DNA of 61,188 bases from Candidatus Hydrothermarchaeota archaeon (GCA_015521615.1 WANW01000096.1:1-61188), one strand, 5' to 3'; positions 19,834-30,157 are shown, counted from the first letter of the stretch. A program made the numbers and translations. The notes: a model not told the origin generated them from the letters alone.

Positions 19834-20889
19834 TTAAGCCTTCGCAGTCTTTTTACCCCGACCGCGGATGCCAAGGAAGGCCACCATCGTGAGCACCAGC
19901 CCCAGGGTGAGGGAGAGGGCAAACATGTCGTTGGCTATGTTGCCCCTGATGTAGAGTGCTACAGAATCCAGAATAAGCCTGAGAGCGATGACAAACACCA
20001 TAAGAATCATATACCTGCTGACACTCTCCTCTTCGAGCAGTGCGTCTATGCTCTTACCGAGGAGCGCAATTAGTGCGGCAAACATAAAAAAGTCAATAGA
20101 GGCGACGATGAAGTCGGGTACGCCCTCTGTAATGCTCACATATCCGTGGACCTCAACCTCACGCCAGCCTATGAAGGTGCCCAGAATTGCCAGAATTACG
20201 GCAACGAGGTACGTAAAGAAGGACAGCCTTCCGGCGATAAAGGAAGTCTTGAAGTCCTGAAAGCTTCTGAAAATTACGCCTTCGAGGTCGAAGCCCTTTA
20301 TTATTAGAAAAACACCCAGCACACCGCCGATGAGGCGCCAGCTGTGCGGTCCGAGTAGCATGTAAAGCACAAGTGCAATGCCGGGCAACCCTATTATTAT
20401 CCGGGAGAGCTTGGGGTCGTTTGCTATGCTCTTCATAAAGTCCAGAAGCAGGTAATATGTACTCTCAAGCTGTTCGCTCTGCTTCACAATCACCCTGCTT
20501 ATGGATATAACCTTCGCACGGGATTCGACTATGGGCAGGATGTGCTCATCCTCAGCACCATCTGTAACCAGGACGACGCCATCCGGTTTAAACTCGGCGA
20601 GGATTTCATCGAGCTGCCTTGCAATCGCCTCATCACTCACCACACCCACATTCTCATCGCCAACAAGTGTGGCTACTCTAACCTCTCGCCCCTGCTCGCG
20701 GTAGAAGTCGTATAATCTCACGGCCTCAAATATTGTGTTGGTGTCGCTCTCCGTGGGGTCAGCTAATCCCAACTTCACAGCCACACGCAGGTTCTCTTCC
20801 CTGCCTAAGATAGGCCCCTTCTCCCCTGTTTTACGGGTAATGTCTGCGTCGCGGTCGACGCAGATTACGTATATTCGCCTTATCTCCAT
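19834..20889 (-). CDS. DUF373 family archaeal membrane protein
   Basis: A soluble N-terminal domain (IYVICVDRDADITRKTGEKGPILGREENL) is followed by multiple TM helices, as in DUF373 (memory). Confidence 0.65.
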   Translation of the reverse strand: MEIRRIYVICVDRDADITRKTGEKGPILGREENLRVAVKLGLADPTESDTNTIFEAVRLYDFYREQGREVRVATLVGDENVGVVSDEAIARQLDEILAEFKPDGVVLVTDGAEDEHILPIVESRAKVISISRVIVKQSEQLESTYYLLLDFMKSIANDPKLSRIIIGLPGIALVLYMLLGPHSWRLIGGVLGVFLIIKGFDLEGVIFRSFQDFKTSFIAGRLSFFTYLVAVILAILGTFIGWREVEVHGYVSITEGVPDFIVASIDFFMFAALIALLGKSIDALLEEESVSRYMILMVFVIALRLILDSVALYIRGNIANDMFALSLTLGLVLTMVAFLGIRGRGKKTAKA

Positions 20890-20895
20890 AATCTT

Positions 20896-21735
20896 CTACA
20901 CGAGATTAAATCTCCTCAGCAGGTATATATCCTCCAGGTCGAGCTTCTCACCGCGCTTGAAGCGCTCATATATTGCCTTTGCCTCCTCACGCAGCTCCTT
21001 CTCGCTCTTCTCGCGGTGCAGCAGCTCAATACCCGTCTCAAGCTCCACAATCTCCTTCTCCAGCTCCTTCAGCTGAGGCACCTTCTCGTCCAGCTCTGCG
21101 TTGAGCCTGTCCAGCTCCTGTGTAAGGGCAAGCTTCTCCTTGTTAATCTCATCTATTTTCTGCTCCAGCTCCTTTATCTTCTCCACCGCCGCCACAAAGG
21201 CTTCGTGGTACTTCTGCGACTCGTCGCTGAGCTTTATAATCTTCTCATGAATCTTTCGTGATGCCTTGCGTTTCTTCTCAAGCTTCTTTGAAATCTCAAT
21301 AAGTTCTGCGTAATTCGCAAGCTCTTTCTCAATCTCAGCGATGCGCTTTACCAGTTCGTCCTCCTTCTTAATCTCAAGCACGCTGGTTTGAAGTTTCCAC
21401 TCCAGGCGATTTTTCTCCCTCTGAAGGCGCTTGAAATCGCCCTTGGGAGCACGCTCCTTTGCTGCGCGGTACTCTTCCAGAATCTTCTTTACCTCCGCAT
21501 TGGCCTCCTCGCGCTGCGCCTTGAGCTTCTTAATCTCTGCATTAAGCTTGTCCCGCTTCTCCCTCGCTCTATTCGCCTCCGTGTTCTTCTTCTTAATCGC
21601 CTCAATTATGTCACGTTTGCGCTTATTAAGCTCGCGCAGGCGCTTTCTCTTTGCCACCACCTGCTGCTTCATCTGCCTAATCTCAGCCTCGAGTTCGTCG
21701 CGCTTCGCTGTGAGCTCTTCTAACTTCGCTTCCAT
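20896..21735 (-). CDS. archaeal coiled-coil protein (COG1340-like)
   Basis: The protein is 279 aa and almost entirely heptad Lys/Glu-rich coiled coil. Confidence 0.6.
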   Translation of the reverse strand: MEAKLEELTAKRDELEAEIRQMKQQVVAKRKRLRELNKRKRDIIEAIKKKNTEANRAREKRDKLNAEIKKLKAQREEANAEVKKILEEYRAAKERAPKGDFKRLQREKNRLEWKLQTSVLEIKKEDELVKRIAEIEKELANYAELIEISKKLEKKRKASRKIHEKIIKLSDESQKYHEAFVAAVEKIKELEQKIDEINKEKLALTQELDRLNAELDEKVPQLKELEKEIVELETGIELLHREKSEKELREEAKAIYERFKRGEKLDLEDIYLLRRFNLV

Positions 21736-21882
21736 ACCAGACTCTCCAATAAGTAATGGCGATATAGGGAGTAAGCTTAACCTTTGTAAAGTGTTTTCCT
21801 ATTCCAGAATGCGAGCAACATGCTCGCGACTAATACCTCACACCCTTTTTCTATATTCATGTTTTTTCACGTCATAAGTTTT

Positions 21883-23163
21883 CTAAAAGAATTCAATATA
21901 CTCGTAAGCACTCCTCATACCATCGAAGCTATAGTGCACGCGGTTAAATTCTCTCCTCAATTCTGCAACGTCCTTTTTAACTTTTTCGGTGCTCTCACCC
22001 TTGATAGCCACTCTGGCAATGAGCTCTGCGATTGTGCGCATCTCACTCTCCTTCATACCCAGCCTGGTTACTTCCTGGGTTCCTATGCGTATCCCGCTCG
22101 GGTTTGCGCTCTTGCTTATATCATCCCAGGGCAGGAGGTTCTTGTTGAGGATGATGTTCGCCTTCTCAAGTGCTTCTGCCACACGGGTACCGCCACCCTG
22201 CTTTGCCACATCGACGAGCACCTGATGCGACTCAGTAAAGCCCTTGTGCTCGCACAGCACATCGAAACCCTCCTCACTCAGCGCCTGCGCCAGGGCTTTT
22301 GCGTTTTTAATAACCTGCCTGGCATAGGCCTCGCCGAACTCCAGCATTTCCGCAAGGGCCACTGCAAAGCCAGCCATGTGGTGGAGGTGGTGGTTTGAAA
22401 CAAGGCCTGGAAACACGGCACGGGAGAGCCGTTTTGAGTACTCCTCCTTTGCAAGAATCACACCACCCTGCGGCCCTGGAAATGTTTTGTGCCTTGAAGC
22501 TGAGACAACATCGGCACCCTCTTTAAGCGGCTGCTGGAATCTCTTGCCTGCGATTAGGCCGAGCACATGCGCACCATCGTACATTACCGTAGCTCCAACC
22601 TCCTTCGCAACTTCGCTGAGTTCGCGCACGGGGTGAGGGAAAAGGAAGATGCTTGCGCCGAAGAGCACAAGCTTTGGCTCAACCTCTCTAATCTTCTTCG
22701 TGGCTCTATCAACGTCTATGTTCATCTCCTGCTCGTCGAAGGGAAAGCTCTTAACCTTCAGTCCGCGCACCCCAGCGGCACTCAATTCTGCATGCGATAT
22801 GTGTCCGCCATGTGGCACCTGAAGTGCCATCATGGTATCTCCAGTATTTGTCAGCGCAAAGAAACACGCCAGATTGGCGACGGTGCCAGAAGTAGGCTGC
22901 ACATTTACATAGGGGGCTTCGAAAAGCTTCCTGGCAAGCTCTATGGCGAGAAACTCCACCTCATCTATATACCTGCAGCCCTGGTAGAAGCGCTTGCCTG
23001 GCTCGCCTTCAGCATAGCGATGCGAAAAGTCACTGGCGCACACCTCCCGCACAAGAAGGGAGGTAACGTTCTCACTTGCTATCAATGGCAAACTCTCGCT
23101 GAACCAGCGGTGGTGTGCCTTGAGAATATTTCTAACCTTGAACGCACTCTCGCGATTTTCCAT
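21883..23163 (-). CDS. glyA: serine hydroxymethyltransferase
   Basis: The sequence contains LIASENVTS, the PLP site [14 protein letters not shown], and VSNHHLHH. The start MENRESAF (23163, GGTG at -10) matches the N-terminal length of archaeal SHMTs as I recall them. The track start at 23244 adds 27 residues. Confidence 0.9.
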   Translation of the reverse strand: MENRESAFKVRNILKAHHRWFSESLPLIASENVTSLLVREVCASDFSHRYAEGEPGKRFYQGCRYIDEVEFLAIELARKLFEAPYVNVQPTSGTVANLACFFALTNTGDTMMALQVPHGGHISHAELSAAGVRGLKVKSFPFDEQEMNIDVDRATKKIREVEPKLVLFGASIFLFPHPVRELSEVAKEVGATVMYDGAHVLGLIAGKRFQQPLKEGADVVSASRHKTFPGPQGGVILAKEEYSKRLSRAVFPGLVSNHHLHHMAGFAVALAEMLEFGEAYARQVIKNAKALAQALSEEGFDVLCEHKGFTESHQVLVDVAKQGGGTRVAEALEKANIILNKNLLPWDDISKSANPSGIRIGTQEVTRLGMKESEMRTIAELIARVAIKGESTEKVKKDVAELRREFNRVHYSFDGMRSAYEYIEFF

Positions 23164-23429
23164 CTGCAACACCACGGTCAACTCTTCATCACATTTCTGT
23201 AACGATGGAAAAGGCTGTATGAGCTTGCTTAGGTTGTTGCACATTAAAAAATTATCCTTGCGCTCTGGTTAGTGTACTCCTCAGGCATCTCACCCACATC
23301 CCAGTCTTCGCCGGGGTAGTTTCCAGTGGTCTCACAGTAATAGTATCTTTTTCCATCAACCTCAAAGAAGGCCGCACCTCTGAAGGGTTTCTTAAAATAC
23401 GATATTTTATAATTGCCATGTTATAAAAA

Positions 23430-23942
23430 TTAGGTCTGAGCATGCTCCATCAGGTGTTCCAACGCTCTGCGCAGAAGTTTTTCATACCCCCTCTCTGTGG
23501 TCTGTGCCTCGATAAAGAGCACATCGTTTACCACTATCTTTGGCACCGCCGTCACATCGTACTGCGCCGCCAGCTCGTTGAACTCAGTGGCATCGTAGAT
23601 TCTAAGCCTCAATCCTCCTTTGCTGGCTATCAGTTTTGCCGCCGCCACAACCGCCTTTTTGCAGAACCTGCACGTTGGGGTGGTGAAAATCTTTATCTCC
23701 ACCTCCGCTGGCTCATCTTTTGCGTCACCGGCGATTTTCAAAATTTCCTCAAAAGCCTGAGCCTCCAGATGTTGGGGAATGCCATGGTAGAAGATGTTTC
23801 CTATGCGCAGCGCAGGTGTCGGCCTGAGCTCAGGGTCCTCTACCACCTCAACCTCAAACCTCTCCTTCAGGTGGTTGAGAAATTTCTCCAGGCGCTCTCC
23901 GTCTTTCACCCTTAGGATGGGTTTCTTCTCTGTGCCTCTCAT
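23430..23942 (-). CDS. thioredoxin-fold protein (protein-disulfide-oxidoreductase/glutaredoxin-like), single CxxC
   Basis: The C-terminal half reads IKIFTTPTCRFCKKAVVAAAKL...VTAVPKIVVND, a small redox-active disulfide protein pattern. The N-terminal half lacks CxxC. An ATGA overlap links it to the response regulator gene. Confidence 0.65.
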   Translation of the reverse strand: MRGTEKKPILRVKDGERLEKFLNHLKERFEVEVVEDPELRPTPALRIGNIFYHGIPQHLEAQAFEEILKIAGDAKDEPAEVEIKIFTTPTCRFCKKAVVAAAKLIASKGGLRLRIYDATEFNELAAQYDVTAVPKIVVNDVLFIEAQTTERGYEKLLRRALEHLMEHAQT

Positions 23943-24583
23943 GAACCCTTCCCAAGCACTTCCAGGGTTTCCCTCCCTGTGGTGGTCAGGAAATACTTCC
24001 TTTCCTGATCCTGGTCCACCAGCCCTGCCTGCTTAAGTATCTTCAGATGGAAGCTGAGCTTCGCAGGGTCTTCAATACCCAGGTGATCGCGGATATCCCT
24101 GAATCTCACTTTCCCCCTGGAGTAGAGATATTCAAGTGCCTGCCGCCTTATCGGGTTGGAAAGCGCCTTTATTATCTCATCGGAAATTTTGCCTGTAAGC
24201 GCACTGCTGCGCCTTTCAAACTTCGCCTCCTCAAGAACGCGGCGAATTGTATTCTGCACCTCATTTATCTTAAAGGGCTTTTCTATATAGTCACTTGCTC
24301 CCTTCTTAATAGCCTCCACAGCGCTGTCTATTGTAGCAAAGGCTGTGATTATTATCACCTTAACCTCCGGTTTTATTCTCTTGACCTCTGTAAGCAGCTC
24401 CATTCCGCTCATCTTCGGCATTACTAGGTCGGTGAGTAACACATCGAAGTCCTCGTTCTTTATCTTCTCCAGGGCCTCCTCGCCATTTTCAACGCTCTCA
24501 ACTTCATACCCCTCCTCCTGCAGCATTTCTTCAAGCCCCGTCCTCAAACCTTCATCGTCCTCCGCTATCAATATCCTTGCCAT
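23939..24583 (-). CDS. response regulator: receiver domain + ArsR-type winged-helix DNA-binding domain
   Basis: REC motifs are ILIAEDDEGLR, DVLLTDLVMPKMSG and IIITA. The C-terminus reads IIKALSNPIRRQALEYLYSRGKVRFRDIRDHLGIEDPAKLSFHLKILKQAGLV. ATG 24583 lies 1 nt after the kinase stop; a GTG at 24592 is the alternative start. Confidence 0.8.
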   Translation of the reverse strand: MARILIAEDDEGLRTGLEEMLQEEGYEVESVENGEEALEKIKNEDFDVLLTDLVMPKMSGMELLTEVKRIKPEVKVIIITAFATIDSAVEAIKKGASDYIEKPFKINEVQNTIRRVLEEAKFERRSSALTGKISDEIIKALSNPIRRQALEYLYSRGKVRFRDIRDHLGIEDPAKLSFHLKILKQAGLVDQDQERKYFLTTTGRETLEVLGKGS

Positions 24584-24584
24584 C

Positions 24585-26021
24585 TCAATCACCCAGTGGA
24601 AGTATTACCTTGAAAGTGCTCCCGACACCAACTTCACTCTCCACCTCTATCCTGCCACCGTGTCGCTCCACTATGCCATAGCTCACACTGAGCCCCAAAC
24701 CGGTGCCCTTACCCACACCCTTGGTGGAGAAGAAGGGGTCGAAGATCTTGCTGAGGTTCTCCTCCGGGATACCCTCGCCGGTATCGGTGATGCCAATCTC
24801 CACCTCACCATCTCTCTGCTTTGTCTCTATTATAAGAGTACCTCCTTCAGGCATGGCTTCAATTGCATTGTTTATTATATTCACCAGCACCTGCTGAATC
24901 TGTGCGGGGTCAGCTTTTACCTCTGGCAGGTCTTTATTCAAATTTTTTATTACCTTTATGTTATTTATAGATATCTGAGGCTGGAGTATCTCCAGAGTCT
25001 TGTTAACCACATCATTTAGATTCACCTTTCTGAATTTGGGTTCCATCTGCCTGGAAAATTCCAGAAGACTCTTAACTATCCTCGCAGCCTGTGTCGCCTG
25101 TTCCTCGATTATTTTAAGCTTCTTTCTCGCCTCACCATCTTTAATCTTCTGGGAGAGCATCTGGGCATATAGGGATATATTGCCCAGCGGGTTGTTGATT
25201 TCGTGTGCCACGCCTGCAGCGAGCTTACCCACTGTGGCAAGCTTTTCACTTCTTATAATCTGTCTCTCCTTGTTGCGCAGGTCGCGGACCATCTGATTAA
25301 AGCTCTGGGCCAGGTCGCCGATCTCGTCGTTACGCTTTATCTCTATAGCGACGTTATAATCGCCCTTTCCTACCCTGCTCAGCGCATCTTTGAGGATGTT
25401 TATGGGCATAATAATCGTCCCATTCAGTATGAAGTACAGGAGAACGATAATGCTCCAGAGGAGGACAAGCGCCGATAATGCGAGTGTCCTCCTGGTCTCG
25501 CGCAGGTTCTGCACCGCCTCATCCATAGGTATGGTCACGACGATTGCACCGTGTATATCTCCGGGCCGGTAGCCCTGATCGATGTGGCAGCGCAGGCATG
25601 GCTCCTCCATTATTATAGGGCCTGCATATTCAAAGTACTTCCTTCCATTTACCTCGTATATGCGGTAAACATCACGGGGCTCCTTGTGGAAAGAGTCAAT
25701 GGCACGACTCTGAAATTCGTTCTCAGGCAGGTTCTCAGTACCTATTGGCTTTTTGGAAACCATTTTCCACTTGTATGAGAATTTTCTGTTTGAAAGTACA
25801 GATAACACTGGCTCAATGCGCTCCTTATTCTGGGCATTCCACAGCCTTACAAGTATGACCTGGTCGGCGATGCTCTTTGCCTGCTCCTTCAGCAACGTTT
25901 CCATATGCTTCTCATTAATCACATATATCCATGAGAACAGGCCGAAAATGAGCATTATCATTACAAAGCCAACCAGGAGCATTACCTTTGTTCCGACGCT
26001 AAGTCTTCTAATCGTCGGCAC
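24585..26021 (-). CDS. sensor histidine kinase with an extracytoplasmic CxxCH-containing (DUF3365-like) sensor domain, HAMP, HisKA, HATPase
   Basis: The domain order is TM, a ~150-aa outside domain with CLRCH (25584-25598), a second TM, a HAMP-like region ([13 protein letters not shown]), the H-box [12 protein letters not shown], and the G-boxes DTGEGI / GTGLGLS. The start is uncertain (GTG 26021 or ATG 25982). Confidence 0.8.
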   Translation of the reverse strand: MPTIRRLSVGTKVMLLVGFVMIMLIFGLFSWIYVINEKHMETLLKEQAKSIADQVILVRLWNAQNKERIEPVLSVLSNRKFSYKWKMVSKKPIGTENLPENEFQSRAIDSFHKEPRDVYRIYEVNGRKYFEYAGPIIMEEPCLRCHIDQGYRPGDIHGAIVVTIPMDEAVQNLRETRRTLALSALVLLWSIIVLLYFILNGTIIMPINILKDALSRVGKGDYNVAIEIKRNDEIGDLAQSFNQMVRDLRNKERQIIRSEKLATVGKLAAGVAHEINNPLGNISLYAQMLSQKIKDGEARKKLKIIEEQATQAARIVKSLLEFSRQMEPKFRKVNLNDVVNKTLEILQPQISINNIKVIKNLNKDLPEVKADPAQIQQVLVNIINNAIEAMPEGGTLIIETKQRDGEVEIGITDTGEGIPEENLSKIFDPFFSTKGVGKGTGLGLSVSYGIVERHGGRIEVESEVGVGSTFKVILPLGD

Positions 26022-27009
26022 CCCCTGGAATCATAAAGTGGGATACGAGCAGTGGTGAGGTGGGGTCTGAAATATCAAGTACAATCAGGCCGTTATCAAA
26101 GTCTACTAGGTAGAGGTATTTTCCGTCTATGAAGAAGCCAAAGGCATTGCCGGGGGTATCATAGTGGGACAGTAACCTTGGCATTGCTGGTGAGGTTATG
26201 TCAAACACGTATAACCCGTGGCTTCCCGTGGTAACAAAGGCGATAGTTCCAAGAAGCTTTACCTTTATGGCATATCCCAGGGTATTGAATTTACCAATTT
26301 TCTCAGGTTCTGCGGGCTGTGAAATGTTTATCACATCCACACCTGCATCACTATCTGCAAGCAGGGCAATGTTATCCTTCACAGCAACAGAGTAGGCCAC
26401 ACCTCTGCTCCTGTAAGTTGCCACTAGGCTCAGATTCTTTTTATCGACTATCTGCATACCACCGGTAAAGTCGGCGAGATATACATAATTCTCGCCCACA
26501 AAGAGGTCACGCACATGCTCATAGCCGGGAGGGTCGAATTTTCCTATCAGGGTGATGTTTTTTATATCAGAGATGTCAAGCACAAGAAGCCCATCCACGT
26601 CATCGAAGTTGGCTATATAGGCTGTGCTGTCCTCTATCCTTATCTGCTTAAGGTTTCCGCCAAAGGAGAAGTTGGCCACAATTCTGGGTTTCTCTGGGTT
26701 TGATACGTCGATAACCTTAAGTCCGTCGAGCCCATCACACACAAAGGCGTAGCCATCCTTTACAACTACTCCCTCTGCCTGTCCGGGTGTTCTCACCATG
26801 CCGACAAGGCGTGGATGGTTAAAATCTGAGAAGTCGACTATGCTCAGCCCCCAGTTAGAGGTTACATAGGCGTAGGGGTAGTCAACAAAAACGTCGAGGA
26901 AGCCGGTGGACTGCTCTAAGGTCTCACCTGGAGAATGTGTCTCTTCAATACTTCCTTTTCCTGTACACCCTGCGAATAGGATTATGAGCAACAGCACATG
27001 CTTGCGCAT
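26008..27009 (-). CDS. LVIVD-repeat beta-propeller lipoprotein
   Basis: A lipobox LLIILFAGC is present. Seven repeats occur: GLSIVDFSDFNHP, GLKVIDVSNPEKP, GLLVLDISDIKN, GMQIVDKKN, GVDVINISQPAEP, GLYVFDITSPAMP, GLIVLDISDPTSP. Confidence 0.8.
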   Translation of the reverse strand: MRKHVLLLIILFAGCTGKGSIEETHSPGETLEQSTGFLDVFVDYPYAYVTSNWGLSIVDFSDFNHPRLVGMVRTPGQAEGVVVKDGYAFVCDGLDGLKVIDVSNPEKPRIVANFSFGGNLKQIRIEDSTAYIANFDDVDGLLVLDISDIKNITLIGKFDPPGYEHVRDLFVGENYVYLADFTGGMQIVDKKNLSLVATYRSRGVAYSVAVKDNIALLADSDAGVDVINISQPAEPEKIGKFNTLGYAIKVKLLGTIAFVTTGSHGLYVFDITSPAMPRLLSHYDTPGNAFGFFIDGKYLYLVDFDNGLIVLDISDPTSPLLVSHFMIPGGADD

Positions 27010-27086
27010 TTTCTATGCCTTCACCATCTGAATAATAATTCTACCATCAATTAAACTTTTCTTTGTTAGAGCAAGGGGTGATAGTA

Positions 27087-27836
27087 ATGGACAAGCTGTC
27101 AGAGCTTAAGATTCTCCTAAGAGAGAAGGACGGCATTGTGCTCGGTTTCTCAGGCGGGCTTAGCAGTATATTTCTCGCTCATGTGTTGAAGGAGATGGGC
27201 AAGGATTTTGTGGCTGTTACAGTTGACCATGGTTTGCTACCATGTGTGGCTGACATAGTCGAAGCTGCCCGTGCCCTTGAAATAGAACATGAGGTTGTGA
27301 AGATAGACCTCTTGGGCGACAGGTGCTTCATCGAGAACAGCTCAGAGAGGTGCTACCTCTGCAAGAAGGCGATGATCGCAGCACTCAGGCGCTTCGCAGA
27401 GGCCAGGGGCTACACCAGCGTGATGGACGCGAGCGATGAGAGTGACCTCCGCAGCTACCGCTCGGCAATAGTTGCCCTGCATGAAGAAGGCGTAGAAACG
27501 CCGCTCATAGAGGCGGGACTGAGCAGAGAGGAGATAGCAGAGTACGCAAGGCGGAAGGGGCTGCCATTACCGGCGCCTGAAAGCTGCCTTGCAACACGGA
27601 TACCATATGAGGTGTGGATAAGGCGCGAGGTAATTGAGAGGGTGCGTGCCTTTGAAGGCGAGCTCCTCAAGCTCGGGTTTGCCGCGGTCAAAGCGAGGGT
27701 TCACGACTCCCTGCTCAGGGTTCAGTTCCTCGAGGACGAGCTGGAGCGTGCCCTGAAAAAGAGGGGAGAGATACTTGATGCAGCAAGGAGGCACGGGTTT
27801 GCGTATGCCACCATAGACTTAGAGAGTCTGAGTTAG
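27087..27836 (+). CDS. PP-loop ATP pyrophosphatase family protein (LarE / TIGR00268-like)
   Basis: ATG 27087 follows AAGGGGTGA. The PP-loop is LGFSGGLSS, and CYLCKK and SCLATRIPY motifs are present as in LarE-type sulfur transferases. Confidence 0.65.
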   Translation: MDKLSELKILLREKDGIVLGFSGGLSSIFLAHVLKEMGKDFVAVTVDHGLLPCVADIVEAARALEIEHEVVKIDLLGDRCFIENSSERCYLCKKAMIAALRRFAEARGYTSVMDASDESDLRSYRSAIVALHEEGVETPLIEAGLSREEIAEYARRKGLPLPAPESCLATRIPYEVWIRREVIERVRAFEGELLKLGFAAVKARVHDSLLRVQFLEDELERALKKRGEILDAARRHGFAYATIDLESLS

Positions 27837-29561
27837 TTGCTCCAGCCCAAGCTCTCTGAGCTTCTCGCGTGTTGGTACGCCGGTGTTGCTCCAGCCACGC
27901 AGCGAGTAGTACTCCTCCAGAATTTCCAGCTCCGCCTTCATCCCCTTACTCGGGCCTTCCGGAATTGGCTGTGCTAGGAGCTTCTTGGGCAGGGCGTCAT
28001 CTCTTCTGGAGAACCCTTCCCTCAGGTTGAACAGCCTCTCTAGGTTGAAAATTCTCTCCCCAGCGGTTACTAAATCCCCGGCAGTGAACTCAATGCCGGT
28101 GGCGAGGCTCAGGAGCTCCGCATAGTCCTGCGCCGTAAGCGCGCGGGCCGTGAACTTGCAGAGGATGAGCGAGTCCAGCGCAGAGTGCAGGTCCTGGAGC
28201 TGCTTCACCAGCGCGGCTTTGCTCTCTCTGCTGCGTCGATCCACACTCTGGGTGAGTATCTCCTCGATATAGACGGGAGCGCGCAGGTGGCATGCGCCGC
28301 GGTTTGAGGTTGCATAGGCGAGGGCCACTCCACGAGCACCTCTGGGATCATAGCCGGGAAGTTCGAGCCTCTTCACGCTTACTGAATACTCCGGCAGAGC
28401 ACGGGCGCTTCCCTCTGCCAAAGCTCCTCCCTCGCCACGGCGGTGGGCGATATCCTCAAGCAGAGCGTATATCCTCCCTGCATCACCCCAGGCGATGGCG
28501 CCCTGCTGCGATTCAATATAGGCGGCGATGGTGCAGCCTGCGGAGATGGTGTCCATGCCCAGATCGTTGCAGAGTTCATTGAACTTAACCAGCCATCTTA
28601 AGTTTGCCACGCCGACATTCGCTCCGAGCGCAAAGAGGGTCTCATACTCTAAGCTGGAGGTTCTTATTCCTTCGACCTCAACCACCTTGCCGCATCGAAT
28701 GGCGCAGGCGTAGCAGCCATAGGAGCCCTTTATGTGCTTCGCAAGCGCATCGGCGGAAATTTTTTCAGCCCCCTCGAACACACCCTCGCTGAAGTTGCGC
28801 GTGGGAAGCAGCCCCGCATAGTTCACCTTAGCAAGCACATTCGGCGTACCGTAGAGCTTCAGCACCTTCCCCGTAGTCGGGTGCTCAGCAAGCTTCGCGT
28901 GGCACTCCCTCACCTTCCTTTTAAACTCCTCTGGCCGGGCAACCCTCACCGTGCCTTTACCCTTAATCGCCAGCGCCTTCAGGTTCTTCGAGCCCATCAC
29001 CGCCCCGAGGCCGCCTCTCCCGAAGGCGCGGTGACCCTCGTGGATTATGCTGGCGAAGCGCACCAGGCGCTCGCCGGCAATGCCTATGCATGCGACACTG
29101 CAGCGCTCCCAGCCAGGCCTGCGCTTTATTTCCCGTTCCGTCTCGCGGGTGCCCCTGCCCCAGAGCGCTGAAGCGTCCTCAAACTCCACACCGCCTGGAG
29201 AGACTCTCAGCACCACTCTCCTCGCTGCCCTGCCTTTTATTGCTATTGCGAGGTAGCCCGCCCTCCTGAGCTCATAGCCTATCTTACCGCCGCAGTGGGA
29301 CTCAAAAATTGTGCCCGTGAGCGGCGACTTCGCCGAGGCACTCGCGCGCCCTGAAGAGGGGGCGGGCGTGCCTGTCAGAGGGCCGCCGGCGAAGATTAAA
29401 ATATTCTCAGGAGAAAGGGGCTCGACTTGAGGAGGGAGGTGCTCATACAGAAGCCTTGCCGCAAGGCCCTTGCCGCCGATAAATTCCCTGAGAACCTCCT
29501 CCTCAATCTCCTCCTCCCAGAACCGCTCCCCTTCCAGGTCCACCCAAAGAATGCGGTACAT
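27819..29561 (-). CDS. aldehyde:ferredoxin oxidoreductase family (tungstopterin) enzyme
   Basis: The N-terminus MYRILWVDLEGERF...GGKGLAARLLYE is typical of AOR. The protein is about 580 aa. The start overlaps the upstream stop (TGATG). Confidence 0.85.
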   Translation of the reverse strand: MYRILWVDLEGERFWEEEIEEEVLREFIGGKGLAARLLYEHLPPQVEPLSPENILIFAGGPLTGTPAPSSGRASASAKSPLTGTIFESHCGGKIGYELRRAGYLAIAIKGRAARRVVLRVSPGGVEFEDASALWGRGTRETEREIKRRPGWERCSVACIGIAGERLVRFASIIHEGHRAFGRGGLGAVMGSKNLKALAIKGKGTVRVARPEEFKRKVRECHAKLAEHPTTGKVLKLYGTPNVLAKVNYAGLLPTRNFSEGVFEGAEKISADALAKHIKGSYGCYACAIRCGKVVEVEGIRTSSLEYETLFALGANVGVANLRWLVKFNELCNDLGMDTISAGCTIAAYIESQQGAIAWGDAGRIYALLEDIAHRRGEGGALAEGSARALPEYSVSVKRLELPGYDPRGARGVALAYATSNRGACHLRAPVYIEEILTQSVDRRSRESKAALVKQLQDLHSALDSLILCKFTARALTAQDYAELLSLATGIEFTAGDLVTAGERIFNLERLFNLREGFSRRDDALPKKLLAQPIPEGPSKGMKAELEILEEYYSLRGWSNTGVPTREKLRELGLEQLTQTL

Positions 29562-30157
29562 CAGCTCCACCTCAGAAGCAGGTATATCCCCACGATTTCC
29601 CAGACCGCGCCCAGAAGAAGGAGGGCCGCCACCACCACGTAGCCCCTGATTATTCTCTCAAGAGCGTGCCTTACATTGCCCCGGCGCACAATCTCAATAC
29701 CAAGCGCTGTGCCAAGCGCTGAAGAAACGCTGTATGCTCCGAACTCCAGGAGCACTGTACCGGTGATAAGCACTAGGTGTTCTGTGCTCGCGATATTGTC
29801 ATAGAAGGCAAGCCCCACATAAAAGGCGCGGAAGGAGCTTACCAGCGCCGGCAGAAACAGCAGCACGCCTGTGAGCGTTGTGCTCAGAAAGGCACCATAG
29901 CTCAGGTTATACGCAAAGGTTATGCCCATTGCCATTATCAGGCTGCCGGCATGCACATTCGCCGCAACCATTTCAAGGGGCATGTACCCCCTCAGCGAGG
30001 TGAGAAACTCCTCCCTCATTGAAATCGCCCAGGGGAGGTGCACCGCAGCAACCGCATATCCTGCAAGCAGAAAGAAGGCATGCACCCCAGCCATTGCGAG
30101 TACAATGCCCTTAATCTCCCGCACGGCCTCAAGGCACTCGATGAGCTTCCTCATCAT
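29561..30157 (-). CDS. integral membrane protein (SpoIIM/DUF95-like)
   Basis: The protein is 198 aa with 5-6 TM helices, and its general pattern resembles stage II sporulation protein M-type proteins (weak call). It is translationally coupled on both sides. Confidence 0.4.
   Translation of the reverse strand: MMRKLIECLEAVREIKGIVLAMAGVHAFFLLAGYAVAAVHLPWAISMREEFLTSLRGYMPLEMVAANVHAGSLIMAMGITFAYNLSYGAFLSTTLTGVLLFLPALVSSFRAFYVGLAFYDNIASTEHLVLITGTVLLEFGAYSVSSALGTALGIEIVRRGNVRHALERIIRGYVVVAALLLLGAVWEIVGIYLLLRWS

Noticed and set aside
21883-23244. Long form of glyA starting at ATG 23244
   Set aside because: It adds 27 residues ([27 protein letters not shown]) that archaeal SHMTs lack, as I recall them. 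ATG 23163 has a GGTG SD-like element. I keep it as an alternative, not excluded.
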